Source: Pseudomonadota bacterium (GTDB lineage: Bacteria; Pseudomonadota; Alphaproteobacteria; CACIAM-22H2). Taken from it: a DNA stretch of 61,669 nucleotides. The translations under genes were made by a program, and so were the position numbers. Shown one piece after another: positions 1-10,797 of this stretch. Below the pieces are notes generated by a model, which saw only the letters and a list, made by a program, of their open reading frames with translations, made no database searches and was not told where the DNA came from. How positions within the stretch are numbered: the stretch's first letter is position 1; the number at the start of each line of letters is the position of its first letter. The stretch spans positions 1 to 61,669 of the forward strand of contig JBEGVV010000167.1 of the NCBI GenBank assembly GCA_041178225.1, in the 5' to 3' direction.

Positions 1-23
1 GCGATGAACTGGCGTCTCTTCAC
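1..23 (-). CDS. 5' end of a gene running off the window; probable Tat-exported protein (MKRRQFI...)
   Basis: Minus strand reads AGGAGG-atcgac-GTG AAG AGA CGC CAG TTC ATC: strong RBS followed by a twin-arginine-like RRQF motif; only 7 codons are visible. Confidence 0.6.
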
Positions 24-147
24 GTCGATCCTCCTGGTCTCCGCGCGGCCGGAGCGATCCCGGCGGCGCGCCGCGCCATCGGCGCGAGGGGCGATGGCGC
101 GATCATCCGCCCGCCGGGAACCGCGTTCAACGCTTTTCGGCCCGCCC

Positions 148-1077
148 TCAGCGCCCCACCGCGAGCACGACGGCCGGGATCGTGGCGGCGGAGAGCAGCG
201 TGGTGAGGAGGACCGATCCCGCGGCCACGGGGACGCTCGCGTCGTAGCGGCGCGCGATCACGTACACGTTCGTCCCCGTGGGCAGCGCCGCGGCGAGCGT
301 CGCCACGGCGACGGCCAGCGGGTCGAGCCCCGCGACGTGGCGCGCGACCGCCCAGACCGCGAGCGGGAACAGGCAGAGCTTGACCGAGGCAACGAGGGCG
401 CAGGCCCCGAGCTGCGCGCCGATCCGGAAGGCGGCGAGGCCGGCACCGGCGGCGAGCAGCGCGAGCGGCGCCGTCGCCCCTCCGAGCATCGCGAGCGCCG
501 CGTCCGCGGGCGCGGGCAGGCGCAGTTCCAGCGCGCCGAAGACCGCGCCCGCGGCGATGGAAAGCACCATCGGGTTGCGCGACATCATCCGCGCCGTCCC
601 GGCGAGCGCCGCGCGGCCATCGGCGCGCCCGCGTCCGGCCTCGGCGAGCATCGTGGTGGCCGTGAAGAGCAGCGCCGAGTGGATCGAGACGATCATCACG
701 AGCAGGCGAAGGCCCGCGGCGCCATGCAGCCGCTCCACGACCGGGACGCCGATGAGCACCGTGTTCCCGAACACCGAGCCCATCGCGCCGATCCCGCAAT
801 GCGCCAGCCCCTGCCCCGCGGCGAGGCGCGCGCCAAGCGCCCAGGCGGCATAGAGGGCGAGGCAGGGACCGAAATAGGCGGCCATCAGCGCCAGGTCGCC
901 CGAGCCCGGGGCGGCGCTCGCCATCGCGCGGAAGAGCAGCGCCGGCGTCGCGGCGTAGAAGACGATGTCGGAAAGCGCGGCCTCCCCCGCCTCGGTGATC
1001 AGGCCGATGCGGGCGAAGGCGAAGCCCGCGGCGATCAGGGCGACGACGGGCAGGAGTATGTCGGGTAGGCCGGCCAT
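148..1077 (-). CDS. AEC (auxin efflux carrier) family membrane transporter
   Basis: About 10 hydrophobic segments; [23 protein letters not shown] and [15 protein letters not shown] motifs; start trimmed to MAGLPD. Confidence 0.85.
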   Translation of the reverse strand: MAGLPDILLPVVALIAAGFAFARIGLITEAGEAALSDIVFYAATPALLFRAMASAAPGSGDLALMAAYFGPCLALYAAWALGARLAAGQGLAHCGIGAMGSVFGNTVLIGVPVVERLHGAAGLRLLVMIVSIHSALLFTATTMLAEAGRGRADGRAALAGTARMMSRNPMVLSIAAGAVFGALELRLPAPADAALAMLGGATAPLALLAAGAGLAAFRIGAQLGACALVASVKLCLFPLAVWAVARHVAGLDPLAVAVATLAAALPTGTNVYVIARRYDASVPVAAGSVLLTTLLSAATIPAVVLAVGR

Positions 1078-1153
1078 GCGCGGGGCGCGGAACCTCCCAC
1101 CGGGGCGCCGCGATTGCAACGCGCGACCGCCCGCCCGGCTTGACCGGGACCGC

Positions 1154-1168
1154 GAACCAAAATAGAAC
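1154..1168 (+). promoter_or_regulatory. Alphaproteobacterial SOS (LexA) box GAAC-N7-GAAC
   Basis: GAACcaaaataGAAC, an exact match to the alpha LexA consensus, 55 bp upstream of lexA. Confidence 0.9.
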
Positions 1169-1178
1169 GAAGCCGCCG

Positions 1179-1193
1179 GTTGCGCCTTTGTTC
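1179..1193 (+). promoter_or_regulatory. Second, imperfect SOS box (GTTG-N7-GTTC)
   Basis: GTTGcgcctttGTTC, one mismatch to GTTC-N7-GTTC, opposite orientation to the first box. Confidence 0.6.
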
Positions 1194-1194
1194 T

Positions 1195-1203
1195 TGTGGA
1201 TAA
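1195..1203. promoter_or_regulatory. Perfect DnaA box
   Basis: TGTGGATAA is the reverse complement of TTATCCACA. Confidence 0.5.
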
Positions 1204-1223
1204 CACCGGCCGGGGAGGCCCAG

Positions 1224-1961
1224 ATGCTCACGCGCAAGCAGTATGAACTGCTCGTCTACGTCAAACGGCATCTCGACACGCATGGCGTGTCGCCCTCCTT
1301 CGACGAGATGAAGGACGCCCTGGCGCTGCGCTCGAAGTCGGGCATCCACCGCCTCATCACCGGCCTCGAGGAGCGCGGCTTCATCCGCCGCCTGCCCCAT
1401 CGCGCCCGCGCGCTGGAGGTCGTCAAGCTGCCGGAGAACCACCTCGCCGCCATCCACGGCGCGGATCCGGCGCGGGTGCCCCCCGCCGCGCCGCCGCCCG
1501 GCAATTTCCAGCCCAACGTGATCCGCGGCGATTTCCGCCAGAACCTCGCCGGCGCCGTGGCCGCGGCGAATGCGAGCGCGGTCAGCATCCCGCTCTACGG
1601 GCGCATCGCGGCCGGCCTGCCGATCGAGGCCGTTGCGGACCCGGAGGACAGCGTCGACGTCCCCGCCGGCCTGCTCGACCGCGGCGAGCATTTCGCGCTC
1701 TCCGTGGCGGGCGACTCGATGATCGAGGCCGGCATCCATGACGGCGACACCGCCATCATCCAGCGCTGCGACGATGCCGAGAACGGCACGATCGTCGTCG
1801 CGCTGCTGGTCGACGACAACGAGGTCACGCTCAAGCGCATCCGCCGCCGCGGCGCATCGATCGCGCTCGAGCCGGCGAACCGCGCCTACGAGACGCGGAT
1901 CTTCGGCCCGGATCGCGTGCGCATCCAGGGCCGCCTCGTCGGGCTGATGCGCCGCTACTGA
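1224..1961 (+). CDS. lexA: SOS transcriptional repressor LexA
   Basis: [25 protein letters not shown] wHTH; IAAG cleavage site; GDSM Ser and TLK Lys dyad; GGGAGG RBS. Confidence 0.98.
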   Translation: MLTRKQYELLVYVKRHLDTHGVSPSFDEMKDALALRSKSGIHRLITGLEERGFIRRLPHRARALEVVKLPENHLAAIHGADPARVPPAAPPPGNFQPNVIRGDFRQNLAGAVAAANASAVSIPLYGRIAAGLPIEAVADPEDSVDVPAGLLDRGEHFALSVAGDSMIEAGIHDGDTAIIQRCDDAENGTIVVALLVDDNEVTLKRIRRRGASIALEPANRAYETRIFGPDRVRIQGRLVGLMRRY

Positions 1962-4132
1962 GGCTCCTCCTCCGCCGTCGCCGCGCGAGGCGAGGCTCCC
2001 CTGGACCAGGGGCGGTCGCCGCGCACCGCGCGCGTCGTGCGGATCGCGACGACGCCGCCTGGCAGCAGGCGGAGCTCGATCGCCCCCTCGCGCAGGATCG
2101 TGGCGCGGTCGAGGATCCATGCCGGCGCCGCGCAGTCGCGCCAGACCTCGAGGGTGGTGACGAGCATCGTGGCCCAGGCGCAGGCCTCCGCGAGGCCCGC
2201 GGGCGCGGCGACGACCGCGACGAGATGGCCGGGCCGCTCGATCCAGCACGTCCCCGCGCGGCACTCCGGCATCATGGCCGCGCGTTCCTGGCCAGCGCGG
2301 CGCAGCCAGGACTCGCTTGCCATCTGGACATTGCCCCGCCCATGCAGCGCCAGCCCCGACCCGGGCGCGCGGAACCCCAGGAGCCGCGCCTCCGCGCCGG
2401 CGACGATGTCGGGTCGCGGGGCTAGCCAGGGAGAGCAGAGCCCCGCGAGGAGCACGGGCACGCCCAGCGCCCGCCAGGATCGGCGCCATAGCGCCAGCCA
2501 GAGCCCGCCTCCCGCGCAGCAGGCGAGGCCCCAGCCGGGCATCGCCGGGACGAGCAGCGCCGCGGAAGGCCAGGCCGCGACCTCCTCCGCGATGCGCACG
2601 ACGAGCAGGTTCGCGGCGTTCATCGCCGCGAGGGGAAGCGCCTCCAGGCCCAGCGGCAGCGCGAGGAAGACCAGCACCGCGCAGGGCATGACGACGAAGG
2701 AGGTGAGCGGCACCGCGAGCAGGTTGGCCGCGATGGAGAAGGCCGCGACGCGGTTGAAGTGGTAGATGCCGAAGGGCGCCGTCGCGACGCTCGCGACCAG
2801 CGTCGTCGCCAGCGCGCCCGCGACCAGGAGCGCCCCGCGCGCCAGGACCCCGCTCGCCGCGCGCAGCCGCCGCAGCGCCGGCGCCAGCCATTCCCAGGCC
2901 GCGACCAGCGCCACCACCGCCGCGAAGGACATCTGGAAGCTCGGCCCCAGCACCGCCTCGGGCGTCGTCGCGAGCACGGCGAGCGCCGCCCAGGCCACGA
3001 GGCGCATCGAGACCGGCGCGCGGTCCAGCAGCACCGCGAGGAGGCCGAGGCCGCCCATGAACCACGCGCGGGTCGTCGGCACGCTCGGGGCCGCGAACAG
3101 CATGTAGGCCGTGATCGCCGCGAAGGCGCAGCACGCGGCGATCTTCTTCGCCGGCCAGCGCAGGGCGGCGCGCGGCACGAGCGCGATCGCGCGGCGCACC
3201 GCGAAGAACACGATCCCGGCGACCAGCGTGATGTGCAACCCGGAGATGGACAGGAGATGCGCGAGGCCGGAGTCGCGCATCGCCTGCATCAGCGCGGGAT
3301 CGACATGGCCCATCTCCCCGGTCAGCAGCGCCGCGGTGACCTGGCCCGCCGGCCCGGCGTCCGCCGCGAGCACCCGGCGCACGACATCGGCGCGCAGCGC
3401 ATCGAGGCGGATGCGCCAGCCGGGCCGCGCGTCGCGGTCCACCACGCGGGGCTTGCCGCGCAGCGACCCCACGGCCCCGATGCGCTCGAACCAGGCCCAG
3501 CGCGCGAAGTCGTAGGCGCCGGGCGCGGCCGGCCCGGGCGGCGGCACGAGCTGCCCGCGCGCCGCGACGATGTCGCCCGGCGCCAGCCCATCGCCCGCGC
3601 CGCCGCGCAGCCGCACGCGCACGCGCGCTGGCACCTCGTCCCGGTGGAGACCGGGCATCTCGAGGCGATCGAGCACCAGCCGGCGGCCATCCGGGCGGAT
3701 CTCGACGGCCACGACGCGGCCGCGCAGCTCGGCCGGGCCCCATCGCTTCGCGAGCACGGGCGCCGCGACGGCGTCGGCGCGAAGCTGCGCGAGCGCCGCG
3801 CCGGCGAGGCCAAGCGCCACCGCCGCAAGGACGAGGCGCGCCGCAGCCGGCACGCGCGCCAGCGCGGCCGCGATCGCGGCAAGGCAAGACGCGAGGGCGG
3901 CGGCCGGGAGGAGCCCCGACCCCGGCTCCGTGGGCGAGGCGAAGTAGAGGACGATGCCGCAGCCCAGCGCCACCGGCGCCCAGAGGACGAGCCGCTCGGC
4001 CTCGGGCGCGAAGGCGGCCCTGGCCCGCGCAAGCCGGCCGGGTGGCGCGACGCCCGGTCCCGCCATCCCGGCGCCGGCCGGGACGGGCCACGGCAGCCGG
4101 GGCGCGGCCGGCGCGGAAGGCATGGCCCCCAT
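1955..4132 (-). CDS. comEC: ComEC/Rec2 competence protein
   Basis: [19 protein letters not shown] and PSFQMSF motifs; usual lexA-comEC-gltX position. Confidence 0.93.
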   Translation of the reverse strand: MGAMPSAPAAPRLPWPVPAGAGMAGPGVAPPGRLARARAAFAPEAERLVLWAPVALGCGIVLYFASPTEPGSGLLPAAALASCLAAIAAALARVPAAARLVLAAVALGLAGAALAQLRADAVAAPVLAKRWGPAELRGRVVAVEIRPDGRRLVLDRLEMPGLHRDEVPARVRVRLRGGAGDGLAPGDIVAARGQLVPPPGPAAPGAYDFARWAWFERIGAVGSLRGKPRVVDRDARPGWRIRLDALRADVVRRVLAADAGPAGQVTAALLTGEMGHVDPALMQAMRDSGLAHLLSISGLHITLVAGIVFFAVRRAIALVPRAALRWPAKKIAACCAFAAITAYMLFAAPSVPTTRAWFMGGLGLLAVLLDRAPVSMRLVAWAALAVLATTPEAVLGPSFQMSFAAVVALVAAWEWLAPALRRLRAASGVLARGALLVAGALATTLVASVATAPFGIYHFNRVAAFSIAANLLAVPLTSFVVMPCAVLVFLALPLGLEALPLAAMNAANLLVVRIAEEVAAWPSAALLVPAMPGWGLACCAGGGLWLALWRRSWRALGVPVLLAGLCSPWLAPRPDIVAGAEARLLGFRAPGSGLALHGRGNVQMASESWLRRAGQERAAMMPECRAGTCWIERPGHLVAVVAAPAGLAEACAWATMLVTTLEVWRDCAAPAWILDRATILREGAIELRLLPGGVVAIRTTRAVRGDRPWSRGASPRAATAEEEPQ

Positions 4133-4228
4133 GCTGGCGAGACTCCCCCTCTGCGCGGCCCGCGTGGTAGTTCCACCGACCGTAGCGAGGCCCTGTCCCC
4201 GCCCTCAATCTTCATCCCGGATTACGAC

Positions 4229-5632
4229 ATGTCGGTCCCCGTCTGCCGCTTCGCGCCCTCGCCCACCGGCTACCTCCATATCGGCGGCGCGCGCACCGCC
4301 CTCTTCAACTGGCTCTTCGCGCGCCACCACGGCGGCAAGTTCCGCCTGCGCATCGAGGACACGGACCGCCAGCGCTCGACGAAGGAAGCGGTCGACGCGA
4401 TCATCAACGGCCTGCGCTGGCTGGAGCTCGACTGGGACGACGAGGTCGTCCACCAGTTCGCCCGCGCGCGCCGCCACGCGGAGATCGCCGAGGAACTGCT
4501 GCGCCAGGGCAAGGCCTATCGCTGCTACTGCACGCCCGAGGAGCTCGAGGACATGCGCGCCAAGGCCCGTGCCGAGGGGCGGCCGCCGCGCTACGACGGG
4601 CGCTGGCGCGACCGCGATCCGAAGGACGCGCCGGCCGGCGTCGCGCCCGCGATCCGCATCAAGGCGCCGCAGTCCGGCGAGACCGTGATCCGCGACCTGG
4701 TCCAGGGCGACGTCGTCATCCGCAACGACCAGCTCGACGACATGATCCTGCTGCGCGGCGACGGCACGCCCGTCTACATGCTCTCGGTGGTGGTCGACGA
4801 CTTCGACATGGGCGTCACCCACGTGATCCGCGGCGACGACCACCTCAACAACGCCGCGCGCCAGATGATGGTGATCGAGGCGATGGGCTGGCCCGTCCCG
4901 GTCTACGCCCACATCCCGCTGATCCACGGGCCGGACGGCGCGAAGCTCTCGAAGCGCCACGGCGCGCTGGCCGTCGAGGCCTATCGCGACATGGGCTACC
5001 TGCCCGAGGCGATGCGGAACTACCTGCTGCGCCTCGGCTGGTCGCATGGCGACGAGGAGCTCATCTCGACGGCGCAGGCGGTCTCCTGGTTCGACCTCGA
5101 CGCGGTCGGCCGCTCCGCCGCGCGCTTCGACTTCGCGAAGCTCGGCAACCTCAACGGCCACTACATCCGCGCGCGCGACGACGACGGCCTCGCCGAGCTC
5201 GTCGCCGCGCAACTCGAGCGCGAGCCCGGGCGCCCGCTGAGCCCGGAGGCGCGCGCGCGCCTGCGCGCCGGCATGCCGGGCCTCAAGCAGAGGGCGAAGA
5301 CGATCGTCGAGCTGGCGGAGAGCGCCGAGTTCTACTGCCACGCGCGCCCGATCGCGATCGCGGAGAGCGGCCGCAAGCTTCTCGCCGGAGCGGGAAGCGA
5401 GAGGCTCGCGGGCTTCGCGCAGCGCCTCGCCGGGCTTCCGCAGTGGACCGCGGCGGCGATCGAGGCCGAGGCGCGCGCCGCCGCCGAGGCGGCGGGCGCG
5501 AAGCTCGGCGAGGTCGCGCAGCCGCTGCGCGCGGCCCTCAGCGGGACCAACGTCTCGCCGCCGATCTTCGAGGTCATGCAGGTGCTCGGCCGCGAGGAGA
5601 CGATGGGCCGCATCGCCGATGCCCTGAAATGA
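4229..5632 (+). CDS. gltX: Glutamate--tRNA ligase
   Basis: [21 protein letters not shown] and KLSKR motifs. Confidence 0.97.
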   Translation: MSVPVCRFAPSPTGYLHIGGARTALFNWLFARHHGGKFRLRIEDTDRQRSTKEAVDAIINGLRWLELDWDDEVVHQFARARRHAEIAEELLRQGKAYRCYCTPEELEDMRAKARAEGRPPRYDGRWRDRDPKDAPAGVAPAIRIKAPQSGETVIRDLVQGDVVIRNDQLDDMILLRGDGTPVYMLSVVVDDFDMGVTHVIRGDDHLNNAARQMMVIEAMGWPVPVYAHIPLIHGPDGAKLSKRHGALAVEAYRDMGYLPEAMRNYLLRLGWSHGDEELISTAQAVSWFDLDAVGRSAARFDFAKLGNLNGHYIRARDDDGLAELVAAQLEREPGRPLSPEARARLRAGMPGLKQRAKTIVELAESAEFYCHARPIAIAESGRKLLAGAGSERLAGFAQRLAGLPQWTAAAIEAEARAAAEAAGAKLGEVAQPLRAALSGTNVSPPIFEVMQVLGREETMGRIADALK

Positions 5633-5656
5633 GGCTGCTGCACCGCAACCAAACCC

Positions 5657-5685
5657 TTGGGAGAGCCCTCCTTCGGGGTTAATAT
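5657..5685 (+). promoter_or_regulatory. Putative sigma70 promoter of gltA
   Basis: TTGGGA-N17-TAATAT in the gltX-gltA gap. Confidence 0.4.
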
Positions 5686-5755
5686 CCGTGCGCGGCGGGT
5701 GGGGACGTTCCCCGCCCGCCATCAGTTCCTTCCGACCCGAGTCCTGGAGCCCGTC

Positions 5756-7066
5756 ATGTCCGGCAGCGCGAGCAAGAGCACGATCACCGTCGTCGACAAC
5801 GCCAGCGGCAAGCGCCTCGAGCTGCCGACGATGGACGGTTCGATCGGCCCGCGCGTGATGGACATCCGCAAGCTCTACGCCGAGACCGGCCACTTCACCT
5901 ACGACCCGGGCTTCACCTCGACGGCGTCGTGCGAGTCCAAGATCACCTACATCGACGGCGACCAGGGCGTCCTGCTCTATCGCGGCTACCCGATCGAGGA
6001 GCTCGCCGAGCACAGCGACTTCATGGAGGTCTGCTACCTGCTGCTCAAGGGCGAGCTGCCGAACGCCGCGCAGAAGACGAGGTTCGAGCGCGACATCACG
6101 CTGCACACGATGATCCACGAGCAGCTGACGCGCTTCTACCAGGGCTTCCGGCGCGACGCGCACCCGATGGCGGTATGCTGCGGCGTCGTCGGCGCGCTCT
6201 CGGCCTTCTACCACGACAGCCTGAACATCAACGACCCGCACCAGCGCATGGTCGCCTCGTACCGGCTGATCGCGAAGCTGCCGACCATCGCGGCCATGGC
6301 CTACAAGTACTCGGTCGGCCAGCCCTTCATGTACCCGAAGAACTCGCTGAACTACGCCGAGAACTTCCTGCACATGACCTTCGGCGTGCCCTGCGAGGAG
6401 TACAAGATCAGCAAGACCGTCGCGCGGGCGCTCGACAAGCTCTTCATCCTGCACGCGGACCACGAGCAGAACGCGTCGACATCGACCGTCCGCCTCGCCG
6501 GCTCCTCGGGCGCCAATCCCTTCGCCTGCATCGCGGCTGGCATCGCGACGCTCTGGGGCCCCGCGCATGGCGGCGCCAACGAGGCCGTGCTGCAGATGCT
6601 GCAGGAGATCGGCTCCAAGGACCGCATCCCCGAGTTCATCCGCAAGGTGAAGGACAAGTCCGAGGGCGTGCGCCTGATGGGCTTCGGCCACCGCGTCTAC
6701 AAGAACTTCGACCCGCGCGCGAAGGTGATCCGCCAGGCCGCGCACGACGTGCTCGCCGAGCTGGGCGTGCATGACGAGCCGCTGCTCGAGATCGCGATGG
6801 AGCTCGAGCGCATCGCGCTGCAGGACGACTACTTCGTCCAGCGCAAGCTCTACCCGAACGTCGACTTCTACTCGGGCATCATCTACCGGGCCATGGGCTT
6901 CCCCACCTCGATGTTCACCGCGCTCTTCGCCGTCGCGCGCACCGTCGGCTGGATCGCGCAGTGGAACGAGATGATCGAGGACCCGGCGCAGAAGATCGGC
7001 CGCCCGCGCCAGCTCTACACGGGCCACGCGCCACGCCCCTACGTCCCGATGGCGAAGCGGGCCTGA
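5756..7066 (+). CDS. gltA: Citrate synthase (type II)
   Basis: [33 protein letters not shown] and YPNVDFYSG motifs. Confidence 0.98.
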   Translation: MSGSASKSTITVVDNASGKRLELPTMDGSIGPRVMDIRKLYAETGHFTYDPGFTSTASCESKITYIDGDQGVLLYRGYPIEELAEHSDFMEVCYLLLKGELPNAAQKTRFERDITLHTMIHEQLTRFYQGFRRDAHPMAVCCGVVGALSAFYHDSLNINDPHQRMVASYRLIAKLPTIAAMAYKYSVGQPFMYPKNSLNYAENFLHMTFGVPCEEYKISKTVARALDKLFILHADHEQNASTSTVRLAGSSGANPFACIAAGIATLWGPAHGGANEAVLQMLQEIGSKDRIPEFIRKVKDKSEGVRLMGFGHRVYKNFDPRAKVIRQAAHDVLAELGVHDEPLLEIAMELERIALQDDYFVQRKLYPNVDFYSGIIYRAMGFPTSMFTALFAVARTVGWIAQWNEMIEDPAQKIGRPRQLYTGHAPRPYVPMAKRA

Positions 7067-7155
7067 GGCAGGGTGCCCCGGGGGCCACGCAGGTGAACGC
7101 GAGGTCGCCGCGCCGCCTGGCTCGCGGCCGCCTGTCCCAGGTGGCGGGCGCGCGC

Positions 7156-7311
7156 ATGGCCGACGGCACGCCCGGCCCGCGCGCGCTGCTCCCGCCGCCG
7201 GCCAACGACAACCGCGCGCCCCCGCTCACGCGCGCGCTGCGGGCGATCGCCCTGGCCGCGAGCGTGGCCGCGATCCTATGGACCGCGGCCAACCTCCTTG
7301 GCGTGCGCTGA
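7156..7311 (+). CDS. Putative 51-aa small membrane protein with PANDN motif
   Basis: MADGTPGPRALLPPPANDNRAPPLTRALRAIALAASVAAILWTAANLLGVR; nearly all codons end in G/C; fills the gltA-gloA gap; weak RBS. Confidence 0.55.
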   Translation: MADGTPGPRALLPPPANDNRAPPLTRALRAIALAASVAAILWTAANLLGVR

Positions 7312-7326
7312 AGGCAGCCGAGGCGC

Positions 7327-7731
7327 TCAGGCCTTCTGGATCAGCTCGACCTTGTAGCCGTCGGGATCCTCGACGAACGCGATCACGGTCGTGCCGAACT
7401 TCACCGGTCCCGGCTCGCGCGTGATCTTCACGCCGCCCGCGCGCATGCGATCGCAGGCCGCGTAGGCATCCGGCACCGCGACGGCGAGGTGCCCGAAGCC
7501 ATTGCCGAGGTCGTAGCCGGGATGGCCCCAGTTGTGCGTCAGCTCGATCACCGCGCTCGATGCCTCGTCGCCGTAGCCGACGAAGGCGAGCGTGTACTTG
7601 CCCTCGGGCACGTCGCGCCGCCGCAGCACCTTCATGCCGAGCATGTCGACGTAGAAGGCGATCGACTTGTCGAGGTCCTTCACGCGGATCATCGTGTGCA
7701 GGAGCCTGTAGCTTCCGGTATCGCCGCTCAT
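7327..7731 (-). CDS. gloA: Lactoylglutathione lyase (glyoxalase I)
   Basis: [20 protein letters not shown] and [14 protein letters not shown] motifs; GAGG RBS. Confidence 0.96.
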   Translation of the reverse strand: MSGDTGSYRLLHTMIRVKDLDKSIAFYVDMLGMKVLRRRDVPEGKYTLAFVGYGDEASSAVIELTHNWGHPGYDLGNGFGHLAVAVPDAYAACDRMRAGGVKITREPGPVKFGTTVIAFVEDPDGYKVELIQKA

Positions 7732-7803
7732 GTCGTCCTCGCGCCCGTGGAATGGTTCGGATAGAACGGAAACCACATCCGCCGCGACCCTGTCGAGTCC
7801 GCC

Positions 7804-8784
7804 ATGAGAGCAATCCGCTGCGCCGTCTTCGGCGCCGGGCATTTCGGCCGCTACCACGCGCAGAAATACGCCGCCCTGCCGGGCGTCGAGCTTGTCGCGG
7901 TCGTCGACCCCGACCCGGCGCGCGCGCGCGCCCTCGCGGCCGAGGTCGGCACGTCCGCCGCGACGTCGATCGACGAGGTCGCCGGCTCGATCGAGGCAGC
8001 CTCCGTGGCCGTGCCGACCCATGCCCACCACGACGTCGCGACGCGGCTGCTCGAGGCCGGCATCCATGTCCTGATCGAGAAGCCGATCGCGGAGACGATC
8101 GAGCAGGCCGACGCCCTCGTCGCCCTTGCCGCGGCGCGCGGCCGCATCCTCCAGGTCGGCCACCTGCAGCGCTTCCTGCTGCGCCGCATGCAGGTCGCCG
8201 AGCGCGTCTTCCGCCCGCTCTACATCGAGGCGACGCGCATCGCGCCGTTCAAGCCCCGCGGGACCGATGTCGGCGTCGTGCTCGACCTGATGATCCACGA
8301 CATCGACCTCATCCTCGCCCTCGTCCAGTCGCCGGTCCTGGCGGTCGACGCGGTCGGCGCCCCGGTCGTGACGACCTCCGAGGACCTGGTGAACGCGCGC
8401 CTGCGCTTCGCCAATGGCTGCGTGGCGACCGCGACGGCGAGCCGCATCGGCTTCAAGACCGAGCGGCGCCTGCGGATCTTCCAGCCGGAGAGCTACATCT
8501 CGATAGACCTGGCCGAGCGCCGGATGGTCGAGATCCATCGCGGCGAGGGCCCCGGCATCGTCCCGGGCCTGCCCGGCATCGCGCGCCACGAGGCGACCTG
8601 GGCCGATGGCGACGACCTGCTCGCCGAGATCGCGGACTTCGTCGACTGCGTGCGCGAGGGAAGGCAGCCGCTGGTCACCGGCGCCGACGGGCGCCGTGCG
8701 CTCGAGACCGCGATGCGCGTGACCGAGAGCCTGTCGCGCAGCCTCGCCGCGGCGGGCTTCCCGGGGTTGCCCGGGCAGGGCTGA
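7804..8784 (+). CDS. Gfo/Idh/MocA oxidoreductase, GnnA-like (possible UDP-GlcNAc 3-dehydrogenase)
   Basis: GAGHFG Rossmann motif, [21 protein letters not shown]; abuts lpxB. Confidence 0.8.
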   Translation: MRAIRCAVFGAGHFGRYHAQKYAALPGVELVAVVDPDPARARALAAEVGTSAATSIDEVAGSIEAASVAVPTHAHHDVATRLLEAGIHVLIEKPIAETIEQADALVALAAARGRILQVGHLQRFLLRRMQVAERVFRPLYIEATRIAPFKPRGTDVGVVLDLMIHDIDLILALVQSPVLAVDAVGAPVVTTSEDLVNARLRFANGCVATATASRIGFKTERRLRIFQPESYISIDLAERRMVEIHRGEGPGIVPGLPGIARHEATWADGDDLLAEIADFVDCVREGRQPLVTGADGRRALETAMRVTESLSRSLAAAGFPGLPGQG

Positions 8785-8803
8785 GCCGACCGCCCCTCGC
8801 CTC

Positions 8804-9982
8804 TCATCCCTCGCGCCGGATCGCGGCGAGCACGGCGCTCGCCGCGCGCTCCGATGGCGGCACGCCGCCGCCGCCAAGCAGCGCGCGCAACTCGGCGAAG
8901 CCCGCGCGCTGGAGCCGGGCAGGCTCGCCTCCGGCGAGCAGGGCCTGGGCCGCGTCGGCGATCGCCTCCGGCGTGCAGCGCTCCTGGAGCAGCTCCGGGA
9001 CGAAGCCGCGGCCGAGGATGAGGTTTGGCAGCGCCACGTGCGGCACGCGCAGCATCCGCCGCGCAAGGAAGGCGGAGGCCGGGCTCGCGCGATAGGCGAC
9101 CGCCATCGGCAGCCCGGCGATCGCCAGTTCCAGCGTCGATGTCCCCGACGTCGTCACCGCGGCGCCCGCCACCGCGAGCGCGGCGCGTCGGTCCCCGGGC
9201 TCGGCAAGGACATGCGCGGGCAGGCTCCAGCCCGAGACCGCCGCCTCGGCGGCAGAGCGCGTCGCGCGGACCGCCGGCAGCAGCGCCACGAGGCCCGGCA
9301 CGCGCCGCGCCAGCAGCGCTGCGGCCTCGCCGTAGACGGGCAGCATGCGGCGCGCGAGGCCCGAGCGGCTGCCGGCCATCAGCGCGAGCACCGGCGCGCC
9401 GGGCGCGATGCCGAGCCGCGCGCGCAGGTCGCCGGCCTCGGGCGTCGGCGCCTCGATCGCCGGGTGCCCGACCTCGAGCGTCTCGATGCCGAGGGCGGAG
9501 AAGAAGGCGGGCTCGAAGGGGAAGAGCGCCAGCATCCGGTCGAATAGGCCGGCGATGCGCCGCGCACGCCCGGGCCTCCACGCCCATAGCTGGGGCGCGA
9601 CATAGTGAACCGCCGGGATTCCGAGCGGCCGCAGGCGGCGCGCGAGCCGCATCGTGAAGCCGGGGGCGTCGATGGTGACGACGACGTCGGGGCGCAGCTC
9701 GGCGACGGCGCGCTCGGTCTCGCGCAGGCGGCGAAGGATCGTCGCGAGGCGCGGCAGCACCTCGGCGAAACCCATCACGGCCAGGTCCTCGATCGGGTAG
9801 AGCGAGCGCAGCCCCTGGGCCGCCATCGACTCCCCGCCGACGCCGGCGAAGCGGACGCTCCCGCCCGAGAGCCTGGAAAGGGCGGCCATGAGCCGCCCGC
9901 CGAGGACGTCGCCCGAAGGTTCCCCCGCGACGACGAAGACAAGGGGCCCGGCCGGCGGGCCGCCGGCGCCGGTCGCGCTCAC
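8804..9982 (-). CDS. lpxB: Lipid-A-disaccharide synthase
   Basis: [31 protein letters not shown] and SGTSTLE motifs. Confidence 0.96.
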   Translation of the reverse strand: MSATGAGGPPAGPLVFVVAGEPSGDVLGGRLMAALSRLSGGSVRFAGVGGESMAAQGLRSLYPIEDLAVMGFAEVLPRLATILRRLRETERAVAELRPDVVVTIDAPGFTMRLARRLRPLGIPAVHYVAPQLWAWRPGRARRIAGLFDRMLALFPFEPAFFSALGIETLEVGHPAIEAPTPEAGDLRARLGIAPGAPVLALMAGSRSGLARRMLPVYGEAAALLARRVPGLVALLPAVRATRSAAEAAVSGWSLPAHVLAEPGDRRAALAVAGAAVTTSGTSTLELAIAGLPMAVAYRASPASAFLARRMLRVPHVALPNLILGRGFVPELLQERCTPEAIADAAQALLAGGEPARLQRAGFAELRALLGGGGVPPSERAASAVLAAIRREG

Positions 9983-10797
9983 GTGGCCGCCACGCCAAGG
10001 ACGAAGACGCCGCGCGCGTCGGCGGCCGCGGCGACGGCGCGGGCATCCGCCACCAGCGCGCGCCCCGCCTCGACCGCGATCCCGGCGAGGCCGGCGTCCG
10101 CGACCGCCTCGACCGTGCGCACGCCGATCGTCGGCAGGTCGACCCGCCGCTCCTGGGCAGGCTTTGCGATCTTCACCAGCACGCCGCCCGACGTCTCGCG
10201 GCGAAGGGCGCCGCAGCGCGCGACGAGGGCGTCCGTCCCCTCGATCGCCTCGATCCCGAGGACGACGCCGCGCTCGACGACCACGGCCTGGCCGACATCG
10301 ACCGCGCCCAAAGCCCTGAGGACCTCGACGCCGCGCGCGATGTCCAGCCGGTCCTGCTCCGACGGCGCGACGCGTCCATACGCGCCGGCGCGCGCGGCCA
10401 GCGCGCCAAGCACGTCCTCCGCGCCGACGACCCTGAACCCCTCGCCCTCGATCTCGCGCACGACCGCGGAGAGCAGCCCGTCGTCGCCGAAGGCGCGCAC
10501 GCCGATGCGCGCGAGCGCCTGCGCCGCGCGCCAGTCGGGCCGCAGCTCGGCGAGGCTCGGGCGCCGGACGGGGCCGATCAGGCAGACCTCGCCGACGCCA
10601 GCCGCGCGCAGCCGCGCGAAGGCATCCGCGAACTGCCCGAGCCGCACCCAGGCATGCTCGACGCCCGCGAGCCAGGCCGGGTCGGTCTGGCCCTCGAAGG
10701 CGAGGACGAAGACGTCCCTGCCCTGCGCGCGGGCGGCGTCGACGACCGCGGCGGGCAAGCGCCCCCCGCCGGCCAGCACGCCGAGCCGCGGCTTCAT
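9979..10797 (-). CDS. lpxI: UDP-2,3-diacylglucosamine hydrolase LpxI
   Basis: LAGGGRLP, DVGQAVV, IEAIEGTD and DLPTIG motifs; lies between lpxA and lpxB. Confidence 0.93.
   Translation of the reverse strand: MKPRLGVLAGGGRLPAAVVDAARAQGRDVFVLAFEGQTDPAWLAGVEHAWVRLGQFADAFARLRAAGVGEVCLIGPVRRPSLAELRPDWRAAQALARIGVRAFGDDGLLSAVVREIEGEGFRVVGAEDVLGALAARAGAYGRVAPSEQDRLDIARGVEVLRALGAVDVGQAVVVERGVVLGIEAIEGTDALVARCGALRRETSGGVLVKIAKPAQERRVDLPTIGVRTVEAVADAGLAGIAVEAGRALVADARAVAAAADARGVFVLGVAAT

Noticed and set aside
1955-2400. ComEC lacking a C-terminal metallo-beta-lactamase domain as a pseudogene
   Set aside because: This shorter architecture is common in alphaproteobacteria and the frame is intact
2759-4228. 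Apparent 490-aa N-terminal extension of GltX
   Set aside because: It is the antisense shadow of comEC; GltX homology starts at [12 protein letters not shown] (4229)
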